Shown here piece by piece: positions 1-12,732 of a DNA stretch of 64,000 bases. Under the pieces are notes generated by a model, which saw only the letters and a program-made list of their open reading frames with translations, ran no database searches and was not told the DNA's origin. Within the stretch, counting starts at the first letter, position 1, and every line of letters starts with the position of its first letter. The DNA is taken from contig NOWV01000028.1 in the NCBI GenBank assembly GCA_003344405.1, positions 496,001 to 560,000 on the forward strand. Direction: 5' to 3'. Origin of the DNA: Trichoplax sp. H2 (taxonomy: Eukaryota). The translations under genes and the position numbers were made by a program.

Positions 1-168
1 GGTGATAATTTAGCACATTCTGAAAATTTTTTTCATTTAAAACATTCTATTGTCTAATATTTTTATTATCGCGTTAAGAAAGTAAAATTTTTATACTTCA
101 GAATATATTATATTAAGATAGGGTATAAATATGCATTGTCCTGATCGAAATATGCTTTGATTGTATAC

Positions 169-3100
169 CTTCGTTTTCCCACACGCATTCGATAAATTCC
201 AGTATTTGCAACCAGCTTTGACAGGACATCGTGGGCACATTACCATATGTTTGCCTTCGTTGCATACCTGATGACTAAATATTGTCCAAGTAAGATTTAT
301 TTAGAGTCGATTTAAATGGTAAAATATAATACGATGTTCATTAGTCAATTTGATCCTTAAGATGTTTATGATATTTGCACCTACAGTTGTATCGCTATCA
401 CATAAATATTATCAAACGGTATTGCTATCTGAATATAGCTGTCATTAGAGGAATGGTTTCATAAGTAGTCGTATACTGTATGGCAAGCTGATCAAACTAA
501 TATTCTCGTATTACGTGGTATAATAATTGTAGATACTGATACTGCTTGTATATTAAAAATTATTTTTCGGTTTTCTATTGTACATTGCTTACTATTCTAA
601 CCTCAAATGCATTTACAGAATTATCTATGCGTATAAAGGTTAATGTTATACAATAAATCAATAGTATATCTCATTGAACTTACGCTATTGGATTCTGATT
701 CATTGTTAATATACTATATATAAAAACTAAAAATCCCATAGTAGCTGCTGGTAGTAACCAAGCTGTATAAAACCCTATAGAAATAGTAAAAAAATTCATA
801 TTGTAACCGATAACCTGCATAATGACTAGTCCTGTAAGGAATAGTTTGGATTGAGTATTTATACTCTGTGAAAAAATCTAGACTCGAATTAATTAGTATT
901 GTAAGGAATATGCTGAACGTACCTAACCACGCAAAATATATAGCAACTTTTTCGCCGAAATACAATCGAATATTTTCAATTGGTTGATATTTATACCATA
1001 TACTAAATCTTCCCCAATATTTGCGTAATATCTATAAGAATAGGAGAGATTATTTCAGATTATTTAGCAATAAATCGTGTTATAGTTACTGCATTAATTT
1101 GCTAAAAATGCATATATCTATAGTAGCAGTTAATGAGGATAGTAATTTCGATAGTCGATTTATAACTAACATTTCGTGCATTATAATAATCTTCACGGGG
1201 CAGTGGATTCTTCTGCAGATCAACTTCTTCTGTATAGATATTTTTATAGTTTCCCTACAATCAGTACCACAGTCCCCCAAAATTAGCAGTATTATAATTA
1301 AAATTTATGCATAAATTCGAATCGTAAACTTGATGTAATTGCTATGCTATTTGCATTGTTTGGCCAGCTTGGTCATTACATCTATTATAGTAGTATTGAG
1401 CTGACAATTATATAAAGAATGTCATATCGTTATTACATCATGTAATGGATAACCAGCAGTGAATATTCCTTCCTGTTCTAAACGATCGATCCCTGTTAAA
1501 CGTAATTTATACGATATTTATGATACACTGCAATGTATAATTTATATATAATTACTTCAATTTAATTTATGAAACTGCAATTATATATCATGTATATGTT
1601 GTAGTAAAATGGCTAACCAATTTCTCCTCGTCGTTTCGAACCATATGGCATATTTGCTAATATGTGATATGCCTGTGAAAATTAAGTAAGTTATATTATC
1701 TAGTTATTTCACAATTTTATCAATTTAATTGGAATAACTCAAATATTAATGCTTTGATGACTAATTTAAAGGTTGATGGGTACAAATATAAATCAGGTGA
1801 GACTAAATCTATGTAATACCACTCGTGATCTTTCGGCAGATGTAAACATTGTTTCAGGATCGCGATGGCCAATAAACCTAACAGCAAGAATGAAATGTTA
1901 CTTATATAATTATAAGTATATTATAAATTTCTTAACTAATACGTAATTACCACTTTAACTAAGCAGAATACATACAAGTATACGTAAATCTACTTGTATG
2001 AACTTATAAGCAATATATTAACCTTGATATAACACAGTTGATAGCAAACACGCAGCGTTAGGATAATTTAAAATATATGGCATATCTGGAATTGAATAAC
2101 TTACTTTTGAATTTTACTCTCAGCATATTGAGTTGTAACATAATATTTTGGCTCGTAAGGTAACCGTTGCTTCATAATATTGGGACAACAGAAGCGCCTG
2201 AGCTGTCTTTCTGACCATTGACGTCTAATTTCTTGATTAGTCTGTAAATAAAAGACGAATTTAACAGAATTATCAATATTGTGTATATTGAGGCAATAAT
2301 CGATTGTATTTACCTGTAATTTGACACGGCAAAGTAGTTCTTCAGCATGCTTTGAAAATATTGGCCATGGAATATGAACTTTATAAAACATTATCGTAGA
2401 TTTATCAGAATGCTTTTGTGCCTAATACGTGAAAAGATGAAGTATTATCGGTTAATAGCATACTCTAAAATTTTCTATTGTATATTATAGGATCAATTTC
2501 TCTGATTAATGTCCTAGGCATCATCTATTATCTAATATTATTTAGTCCATACGTGTATATTTGGAGTATAAACAAATTATAAACATTATCAAGCAGAAAT
2601 CGATCTTGTTTACTTCTTCAATTGCTAGGCCATGGCTGATAATATTCTTAATGTATCGACGGCGAAATTTCTCATGAGCAGGATTAGATTTTTGACCAAC
2701 TACTTTCTCATATGCAATTACAAAATCTATTTGGATAATATCAAACAAAAACAATTCATTAACATATTTATGTACTGAAATGTCTCGAATTTACCGGATA
2801 AGTTGCGAATTTGATAATACTTCATATCAATTTGAAAATAAGACTCGTAAAATGACTGCCTAGGTGTACATAGAAGTAAGATAGCGCATTCTAAAGTATA
2901 CTTTGAAATCAATTGCCAATCTAAACTTCTGCATACCTATTTTCCTTTTTCCATCAGTAAAATACAAAGTTGGATGCTTATATTCGTATTCTGGTGTTAC
3001 CTCTGGTTCTGTCATATTGATTGTGATAGCCTAAAAGGGCAATAGTTGTTAGTATATATTATTGATTTTTATTGATTTTTATTTACAATATATTTAAACT

Positions 3101-5824
3101 ATAACTGTAACTAAAAAAACTAATATATCCCTAGTCACATGAGAATTATTAACTAACTATGACTTATATGATAGTAGGAATCGATGTAAATAAAACAGAT
3201 TAACAATATATTAATACATTACCAATACTATGATATCGATTAATATATATCAATTCTATGCCTACTTATATAGACCTCTGATTTGTAGGCCTATTTTTAT
3301 TGTGCCTAACAGCGTATAGGAGTATAATAGAAAATAGATCATTTAAAAAGGCTTTATATTGAGTATTATCTAGAGGGTTAAGGCCTAATAGTATGCAAAT
3401 TACGGAGACAGTTACCATAGAAACTAGAAGGACCACACCGTTTTGGGAATAATGGCTATCGAAATAGGAAGGAGTTGAAAATTGCGGATTCAACAGGTCG
3501 TTTTTAAACGATTAAATGATGGGATGGAATAAGACATCGATCTAATACTTTTGTTAATCGATTGATATATCATTTTACTAGACCAACTAGCTATCTAGTA
3601 GGCTTTTTTGATGATATAGAATATACTAGATGAAGCAAATATTGCTATAAATAACTTATAAGTAAATATACATATATTAAGGGATAGAAATAACGATGTC
3701 GTTGTAACTGTATTGAGAAAATTCGGGGAAATAAGAATAAAAGTGGACACAAGCATTATTAAATATTTAATACTACCGTAAAGATCATTGATTATTTATT
3801 ATAATCTTCCACAAAATTATAGGAAGATATTTGTCTATTGAGAAAATATATTAAAATCAAGTGAGATCAAGGATGGTCATATTCATGTTCGTGACTTAGT
3901 TGCGAAGTTTATAAATCTATTAGAGCCGTTTACATTAGCCAAGATTATTATTCTACGATTAGTAAGCAAAAGAAGGGCTGTAATGCAAATTAACCATTCA
4001 ACCTTCTTGAAATAAACAAATAACTAACTCTAATTACTAGTTTACAATATCTTTATCCTATGTCGACGCTAAATTCAATTTTGCTGTTGTTGTGAAAATG
4101 ATCGTAAATCCTATTCATTTAATTCAGCAAACAACGTAAGCCAAATAAACTAGCGAAAAGTACCTGTCTTAAAATGAGATCCTGGTAGGAACTGGTAAAA
4201 TTGTACAAGGACGAAAATTAAGCTACTTTGCAGTTAGCTGCTTTTAGAATTTAGTCAATATCAGTTTGATAACTGTTCGTAAGAGCAGCGTATGGAAACT
4301 TTTTTCATCCTTCAATTGACCATTAAAGTAATTAAGAAATACGAATTTACTCCTTCCTTTTTCGCGATTAATTAACGGAAACAATCACTCAATATAGAAT
4401 TCATTGATAAATCTCATGAGAATGATGAAAAATAGAATAGATTATTTTATCTTGAAAAGTTCTACAGCTGCCTTGCTTGCGTTGACGATTACTTAAGGTC
4501 TTATTATAGATATTATTAATCGACTTTTACGACATGTCCATGTAATAAATATATCGTGTGACATGTAAATGATCTCAGTTATGAATCTGAAGACATGAAT
4601 AAGCTATGTTACGGTGATTTGTGAAAGAAGTAAATCGAGAGAGATGCATCAAATGTACTGAGAAAATGTACAGCATTTTTCTTGGTATAAGCTTGCTCAT
4701 AATTGAATCTTCGTGCTCTTACTTTTAATACTTGCAATTTAATTGGTGATATTAAGAAAGCATTAAGGTTATAAATAGGATGAATCAAACTTCAAGTACC
4801 GGTAGAACAAGCTAATGCTGGCTTATTTAGGTGAAAAAGCGAACCGATATGTTTCATCATTCAAGCTATACTATTGAACTTATCGAGAATAGAAGATGGT
4901 AGAGAAAAGCTAGAATAAGTAGTACGAAGGGAATCTCTGCCTTGTCAATTAATACTGCAGCGTAATCCATATTTCCTACTTTACTTCCCTAGGATATTAC
5001 GTTACCCTATCTCTTTTACGATATTATTTCGTAGTTGAACATTAGAAAATTGCTATTTTTTTTCAATAATCTGCCTATTCTGACGATATTATGTTAATCC
5101 TAAATCGGTCAATAACGGTAGGCGCGATTATGTACACAATCTGCCCTTGACAATCACTAATAGCGGCAATATTTAAGTAGCAGCTAGTTGCTGTAAGTAA
5201 TATTCTGAGAATATCTGACATGGCTGTTTAACTAGAACTTGATCAGCTGATATAGGAGTAGGTATAGTATTATATAATTATCTCTGACCACTTATCAAAT
5301 TTCGTTAGGAAAATCTACTAAAGAAATTATTGCTTGGACGAATCCTACGTAACATGGCTAATACTCGAATAAAGTATCGATGTGGATAATTTCTTGCGTT
5401 AATTAGAGAAAAATTGATAGCGCAATATTTTTCTTTACCATGAAATGCGTTGATCAGTAGTTGTAAAGTAAGAGTACGAAATTTAGCAGTCTACAGTTAC
5501 TAGATTCAATGTTTTACGTACGGTAAAAAAATGGCAAAGTAAAAGAATATCAGAAGATAATCTCAAAACCGATTAATTGACTAGAGGGATGAATTCTACA
5601 CTAAACAATCTCGCAACGAATGAATGTCCTTCTGTTTAAAAATTGCTTTTACCCATTAGCTTTTTGCGATTGATTACTTTAAATCTAGGAAAATAGAATT
5701 CCTTTACCTGTTGGCCCGCTTCCTGTTGGATAGATAAATCGTCGGTTTCATCGTCGGTTGTAGCATTGATCGTTGACTCCTCGGGGTTTTTCTTTTTCTT
5801 TTTAAATAATTTCTTAAACTTCAT
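169..5824 (-). CDS. Anoctamin / TMEM16 family Ca2+-activated chloride channel/scramblase, 5' portion (gene continues beyond the left edge of the window)
   Basis: Phase-consistent GT-AG exons give MKFKKLF...EAGQQ | ...LYFTDGKRKI | DFVIAYEKV...GLAIEE | ...FYKVHIPWPIFSKHAEEL | FIGHRDPETMFTSAERSRV | AYHILANMPYG | IDRLEQEGIFTAGYPLHD | ILRKYWGRFSIWYKYQPIENIRLYFGEKVAIYFAWLG | FYTAWLLPAATMGFLVFIY | VCNEGKHMVMCPRCPVKAGCKYWNLSNAC. YFGEKVAIYFAWLGFYT and YPLHD are anoctamin hallmarks. Linking the first exon (~5708-5824) across a 2.7-kb intron is less certain. Confidence 0.93.
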
Positions 5825-7119
5825 TTTCCCTTCAGTTAATTATTACAATCTACTTATTACTTTTAGAAACTAACAGGCACCAAATGGCAGGTACCGATGA
5901 ATTTGAAGTCAGGTATAATATTCACTTTTCTCTCGTTAATATTTTACGCCTTCTGACAAAGTGAAAATCTTACGATCGCACTACAATCACTCAATAAAAC
6001 TTTCTAGCCACCTGTATATGGTTGGTACATCTATTAATAGACCAACCAAAGGATTTCTTAATAGGCATATACGTATAAAATTATTGTAGCGGGCTAGTGT
6101 TATTTTTTATTCATGTTGTCTATAGAATAAAGACTATAAATTCATTTATAGCATTACTGTCAAGAATAACATTACTAAAATGATCAAATAATAATCTATG
6201 CATAAAAGGTTGATCTTCATTAAGTAAAACCTAGCCAGCCTGAATGAATCAATACAACGTAATTCAATGCCTTAATTTTCATGACAATGGTTGCTACATT
6301 TCCTAGCTATAGGTTCTCTAACTCCTATTATGACGCAAACTACTTCTTTAAAATAATAAACTCGATTGAATATATTTTCTACCTTTGAATTATTAACCTA
6401 GTATCCTATTGCGACTCGATAAGCTATTTTTGATTATTTTAGCTTTGGAAAACTGAAAAAGATTTGACAGGAGATTAGCCCTATCTTATTATGTATACAA
6501 GTCGTAAGCTATCGTTCCTTTCCTCTTTCATTTATTGACTTATGTTATGGATATCAATTTTAGGCTTCAGGCGAAGTTTTATTTAATTGAATCCCTAGGA
6601 AGTCAAGGTTAATTGGAGAGCTGTTGACAAAACAGTGAAGTAATTTATGGCGTTACCATAATTTCCCCTTGGTAATTAATATAATAATCAGCCTATCTGA
6701 TGGTTTCTATTGCATTTGAATTTGAAAAACGCTTATTCTATGAAAGCAACTATCTCGTCTTGTGGGAATTTATTCCCATCGGTATTATACTAAAGAGAAT
6801 AACAGTCATATTTATATAAGAATGCACTATTCCCCCTTGAAAATACAAGTACAATAAAATCTACACTACAATTCTTATTGCTAGCTATCCATTCAATTTT
6901 GCTGAATGTCACCTAGCTAAAAGAATCTATTTAACATTTGCCGACATGCAGTAAGCAATCCCATTAGCAAAGGAGGACGCTGTATTTGAAAGTTGAGATA
7001 AAAGGAGTTGATGCAAGGCTATTTAGCTATCATAATTATTAAAATCATGTAAGTTGGCTAAATGATGGTTATATAAACTGAAAATACTGTATCTAATACT
7101 AATTTACATGGGTTTATAG

Positions 7120-7770
7120 CAGCTATTATGTGATCGGTACGGATTCTTAGGCTTATTTATTTATTAGGCTTTAATTGTATCTATACGTTATATAGGATTT
7201 TCCTAGTATAAATTAGATCCTAAATCGCTGCACTCTGCGCATAGGCCGTGCATATGAATGAATCGATCTAATTGTCATCATTTTTAATTATAAGTCATTT
7301 ATGAGTGGTACAAAATCATATCATAGACACTATTTCTAAAACGAGGTTACAGCTATTTATACGAGTTCTACTATGAACGAAATAACACATTTCTAATCAT
7401 TGTAGTGGCTTAATATTGAAATTATACTAACACTAATAATTATACTGAATAGGTTTAGAGCATCTACTATGCGATCGGTAATGATCGTCACGCTTATTTT
7501 GTTTAGACTGTACTTACATCCACACGTTATATAGGATTTTCTTAATATAAACTATATCCTTAATCGCTGTACTCTACGCATAGACTGTACAGTGTACATA
7601 TGAATGAATCGATCTAATTATAATCATTTTAATCACAAGTCATTTATGTGCATTACAAAATGATATCATGGTGCCATTCTAAAACCAAGTAAAGCTATTT
7701 GTATGAGCTCTGCTATGAACGAAATAACATAATTCTAGTCATTATAACAACTTGATATTAAAATTATACT
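7120..7770. repeat. Diverged tandem duplication, two copies of ~310-340 bp
   Basis: ~7120-7430 and ~7460-7770 share collinear blocks: cgttatataggatttt, catatgaatgaatcgatctaatt, aagtcatttatg, ctatgaacgaaataaca, aaattatact. Confidence 0.85.
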
Positions 7771-8493
7771 TTAATGCTACTGAGTTTGCCAAATAGAACA
7801 AAAGGTTGAGTAATAGATATAACATTACTGGTATCAGCTAGTATGAATTTAATCAGAGCCTAATTGTAGTAGGAATATTCTGATTGTGGAACATATTTGG
7901 CCTCCTATTATTATTATTAAGTATGTTTTCACTAAATATATATTGAAAATTAAATTATTTTATGTTAGTAGTTATTATGAGGATAGCCCTGTCTGATATA
8001 TCTGATCTACTTATCAATGACTCATGCTATAAACGGGCTATTTATTGATAGTAAATAATTTTAATGGCAAATAGATATTCTCAGACATTTAAATAGTACT
8101 GTTGATGATCAGCTAGATACATAGGATACAAGAATAAACTAGATCGAACAAGAAGAGTAGCGGCTCTAGATAAAATGCTTTGCTTCTTCTTGATACATAG
8201 TTGGAAGCGAGACATCAAAATTTCTCTCGAGCCCATTGATTAGTATAATAGAAATGGCGGGTTGTTACAACTAATATAACTACTTCATTAATACTAGTAC
8301 ATACGAGTAGATTGGAAGATGTAATTTTAACTGACGCTTGTTAGAATAAATTGTAAATAATCAAAAGTTGATTCTTTATTAAAAAGTATGACATACAGTA
8401 TGTAATTTATCAGTACATTTTAACTTTGTTCTTTCTGACATATTTTTAATATCAACAAAATCGAATAACTGATATCGCGATTTATGGAAATGA

Positions 8494-10165
8494 TTATAAT
8501 AATGTTTCTTCGGTTCTAAGATATTCGCCGACGTCTGCTTGATGGAATGTCACGATGGATGACGGATCAGCTCGTCTGCACTCCTGCGTCGATTTAGCTG
8601 ATACACCAAAACCCTTGTAGAGTATTATCGATTAAGGTGAAAGGTAAGTATGTTATACTTTATATTCAAATAGATAAAGCACATAAATATTTCTTTTCAA
8701 TGTTATGCTTTAGCCATAGCAATTACAGTAGTAGACGCATCCTATAGAAATAAGAAATAGTTTATAGGTCTATACTTACTAAAGGAACATCACTCATGGA
8801 CATAACAATCACTCCTTGATATTTGGAGGTACTATCAGTGATTCGTCCTAGATGAGACTTTAAAACATGGTTTCCATAAAGAAAGGATTGCTCGCCATTG
8901 GGCTTAACCCAAACTTTAAACTATATTAATACAAGCAAAATTTCTGATTACTTAAGAGTACATAGTTTAAGCTGTTGTGAGAATAATATTCAGAAGATTC
9001 GATAGGAGAGTCTTTAGCGGAAGTAGACAGATATCAAAACTTACTTGTGCATAAGGAGCTAAATAATCTAAGGCTGTCATATATAACCTAAATTTGCCAG
9101 TCTTTGTAAATTTACCAAAGCACGTACCAAAACTTACTAATTCCTTTCTTGCAAAATTATTTGCTGTGAGCATAATTTTTTCACTGTATAGACAAACCAA
9201 GTAGTAGGTAGTAGTTAGGCTTGTAAACCGTTTAATATACTCGTATAGTTCAATTGATTATGAAAGTGGGTCAAAGCATGGTGAGATTGAAAAATTGAAT
9301 CAACATTGCTAAAGATATGAGTCGTTTTAGTGACGAGTATACTCGCATTGACACGCATAGTTAGTAATAATAATAGCTAGATCATCCGTTTCAAAAGGGA
9401 CTCAGATGAGAACAGCCGTTGATGCAGTCAATACCAGAATTGAAGATAATAATTATAAGTAAAAGCGACAATGCTACCATGCGGACTACTCGAAAAGGTA
9501 TATAATAGAATCAGTACTAACCTGGCATAAAATACACGATCCTTATGCAATCTGAAGCAATAGCTTGCATCAGGTCGATCCAATAAAAGTTTGATATTCT
9601 CAGGAGAAATACTGCAAGGATAAGATGTCATTTATTGATTAGCAAGTAGCGAGAAATAATTGATTGAGCAAGTGGTTTACGAACGAAGTGATGGAAATAC
9701 GTTATAACGATAACAAGGTAAGATTGCATGCTGGATTTAATCAAGCCTATGAGTACTTCCCAGTCGATGAAGGTAAGTTTGAGCTACCCTATTGCAGAGT
9801 ACTACCAACTATGCTGCTAGCACTACTGCTTGCACTTTTGCTGACTAAAATACTGTCCATCACTTGCTAGTGGCAATTTCTACCAGCTGGATATTATCAT
9901 TTAGAACAAGTATCTTCAAGGAATAGTCATTACGTTAGCATTGATGATAAAAGTGTTGATCGTTTACGATACTACGAATTCCAGGAAATGATCGAAGATG
10001 ATGAAGGATACTGTTAGACTAAAGTCGTTGTTGGTCATTCTCAGCAGAGCTGGATAGTACAATTCTTGAATTGACTGATGCCTATTTACCATGCTAAATT
10101 TCAACTTACTATTTTGCTAATTTTTCAAAAAATGTTTTGGTTTCTTCAGCCGTTAGAGGTCTCAT
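8494..10165 (-). CDS. NIP7: 60S ribosome subunit biogenesis protein NIP7 (PUA domain), 5 exons, 181 aa
   Basis: Exons 10110-10165, 9522-9611, 9045-9183, 8780-8920 and 8494-8613 (546 nt) splice to [48 protein letters not shown]...[56 protein letters not shown]...[17 protein letters not shown]...[16 protein letters not shown], the recognisable NIP7 sequence. Confidence 0.97.
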
Positions 10166-10332
10166 TTCCGATAAATAACAGCTGGAATGGATAAAAATGG
10201 AAATGAATCGATATCACAATATTCCCAATCCAGTCTATGACGATTGAAATCAGCTGGAAATGTTGGAAGATGGCTTGCAGTTATGGAAGACTTGTACGAG
10301 CTAATATTGATATGAAGTGTAAGTGCATGCTT

Positions 10333-11520
10333 GCCATGCGCTGTGCTATAAAAGTGATTGCAAATTAACTTTTGGAAACTTCCTATTAGTATTAGTATGA
10401 GCGCAAACGATTGATTGGGTACGGAGGCGTGCAACAACTTCCCCTACTGTTCTGTACTATTGGCTCAATCTCGGCCACCTTAGTACAGTACCACTACTAT
10501 CAGGCAAGAAAGCCTCTTGTATACAGTACTATACACTGCACACTCACAGTGTACTGTACTGTACAGTACAGTGCACAATCAGTGTACTGTACAGTACTAT
10601 AAAGTATACTGTACACATATACAGTATACAGTATATATATATGTACTGTATACAGTATATGTATACAGTATATATACATATACAGTATACTGTATATATA
10701 TATATATAACTATACTGTAGGCTGATGGAGTAAGGGGTGACATCATTTGAGATACTGTACACTCACAATGTACTGTACTACATGTATATATACAGATACT
10801 TAACTATACTGTAGGCTGATGGAGTGAGGGGTGACATCAATTGAGATACTGTACACTCACAATGTACTGTACTATATATATATATATATATAGATATAGA
10901 TATAGATCTATAGGCTGATGGAGTGAGGGGTGACATCATTTGAGATACTGTACACTCACAATGTACTGTACTATATATATATATAGTTATTAACTATATA
11001 TATACATATACATATATTTAACTATACTGTAGGCTGATGGAGTGAGGGGTGACATCATTTGAGATACTGTACACTCACAATATACTGTACTATATACTGT
11101 ATATAACTATATACTGTATATATACAGTATATAGTTNNNNNNNNNNNNNNNNNNNNGCCATGCGCTGTGCTATAAAAGTGATTGCAAATTGACTCTTGGA
11201 AACTTCCTATTAGCATTAGTATGAGCGCAAACGATTGATTGGGTACGGAGGCATGCAACAACTTCCCCTTACTATTCTGTACTATTGGCTCAATCTCGGC
11301 CACCTTAGTACAGTACCACTACTATCAGGCAAGAAAGCCTCTCGTATACAGTACTATACACTGCACACTCACAGTGTACAGTACAGTATGTACAGTACAG
11401 TACTGTACAGTACTATAAAGTATACTGTACACATATACAGTATATACTGTATATATATATATGTATATATAGTTATTAACTATATATATACATATATATA
11501 TATTTAACTATACTGTAGGC
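10333..11520. repeat. Near-identical duplicated segment (~10333-10720 vs ~11157-11520) separated by an assembly gap
   Basis: gccatgcgctgtgctataaaagtgattgc...caggcaagaaagcctct occurs twice with a handful of substitutions. The second copy starts right after the N-run at 11137-11156. Confidence 0.85.
11137..11156. other. Assembly gap (20 N)
   Basis: Run of n characters. Confidence 1.
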
Positions 11521-11754
11521 TGATGGAGTGAGGGGTGACATCATTTGAGATACTGTACACTCACAATGTACTGTACTATATATATATATATATATATATA
11601 GTTATTAACTATATATATACATATATATATTTAACTATACTGTAGGCTGATGGAGTGAGGGGTGACATCATTTGAGATACTGTACACTCACAATGTACTG
11701 TACTATATATATATATACATATATATATATTTAACTATACTGTAGGCTGATGGA

Positions 11755-11774
11755 NNNNNNNNNNNNNNNNNNNN
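11755..11774. other. Assembly gap (20 N)
   Basis: Run of n characters. Confidence 1.
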
Positions 11775-12732
11775 ATAACTATATACTGTATATATACAGT
11801 ATATAGTTATTAACTATATATATACATATATACTGTAGGCTGATGGAGTGAGGGGTGACATCATTTGAGATACTGTACACTCACAATGTACTGTACTATA
11901 TATATATAGTTATTAACTATATATATAGAGATAGATATAGATATACTGTATAGATATATCTATAGGCTGATGGAGTGAGGGGTGACATCATCTGAGATAC
12001 TGTACACTGTACTGTGCACTTTCAGCGTACGGTACAAACTTCAATTTGCTATCTGCTGTCAATAGACCGTTGCTATAGTAACTCAATACACGCATTTTAT
12101 TTCCATTGAATCCACTGAACAGAATAATGCTGTCTTGTAAACGACAACAAATTCTCTTAACAAACTCATACAATTGCATTGAAATAGACAAAAGTTATTA
12201 CACATAAAATGACTTATTACAAGGGCTTAATACGCGTATCGACAGTAGTGTATCGTATGTAGCAGGGAACACAACGTACTCATATAGACGAGTGCATTGA
12301 CTATTGACGGTCTTTATGAAAGGTGAGTTTGCCAGTCCGACACAACTTGTGAGTTGTAAATATTATCCAAAAGTCATCGATTACCGAAAATCACTGCACA
12401 GAGAAAATTAATGACTATACACTTATTGATTCCTTCTTGATTACAGAAAGTTTCACTTCATTTATATCTTATTATTCTTATATTAGCCATGGTTGAATAG
12501 TAAGTGCATGTCAACATGACTTTTTAATTTCCCATACGTATTTTGTACTGTGCCTGCTTTATTATTACAATTTTATGACCATTTTGAAATGAGTAGCACT
12601 TATACATGAAGCAATACTCAATTTAATGCTCTACTGTACTTGACCACTATATTGAAATTCTGTATCTTGTCAAAGATCAACTACAGTAGATAAACGTACA
12701 TTACTTTGAAACTACTGAAAGAAATACATGCA

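Larger units (their letters stand above)
10716..12010. repeat. Minisatellite: ~65-bp constant unit separated by variable (TA)n-rich spacers, ~9 copies, interrupted by two N-gaps
   Basis: Unit tgtaggctgatggagtgaggggtgacatcatttgagatactgtacactcacaatgtactgtac recurs near 10716, 10810, 10911, 11028, 11515, 11641, 11741 (partial), 11834 and 11961. Confidence 0.92.

Noticed and set aside
2023..2086. Possible extra (poison) exon in anoctamin between AG and GT signals
   Set aside because: It would introduce an immediate stop, the flanking exons already join in frame, and there is no independent support.
3266..3493. 75-aa hydrophobic ORF within anoctamin intron 1
   Set aside because: Non-ATG start, no recognisable family and no clear splice connection; compatible with chance in AT-rich DNA.
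10411..11507. ORFs rich in Y/T/V/Q/C (10411-10602, 10517-10720, 10544-10762, 11235-11507)
   Set aside because: They are translations of TACAG/TA simple repeats, not plausible proteins.
10716..12010. CRISPR-like repeat-spacer appearance
   Set aside because: Units are ~65 bp, spacers are low-complexity (TA)n rather than unique sequence, there are no cas genes and the context is an intron-rich eukaryotic genome.
10716..12010. Hammerhead ribozyme/retrozyme in the 65-bp unit (ctgatgga)
   Set aside because: The core needs CUGANGA and GAAA; the unit has CTGATGG and GAGA, and I could not form the three stems.
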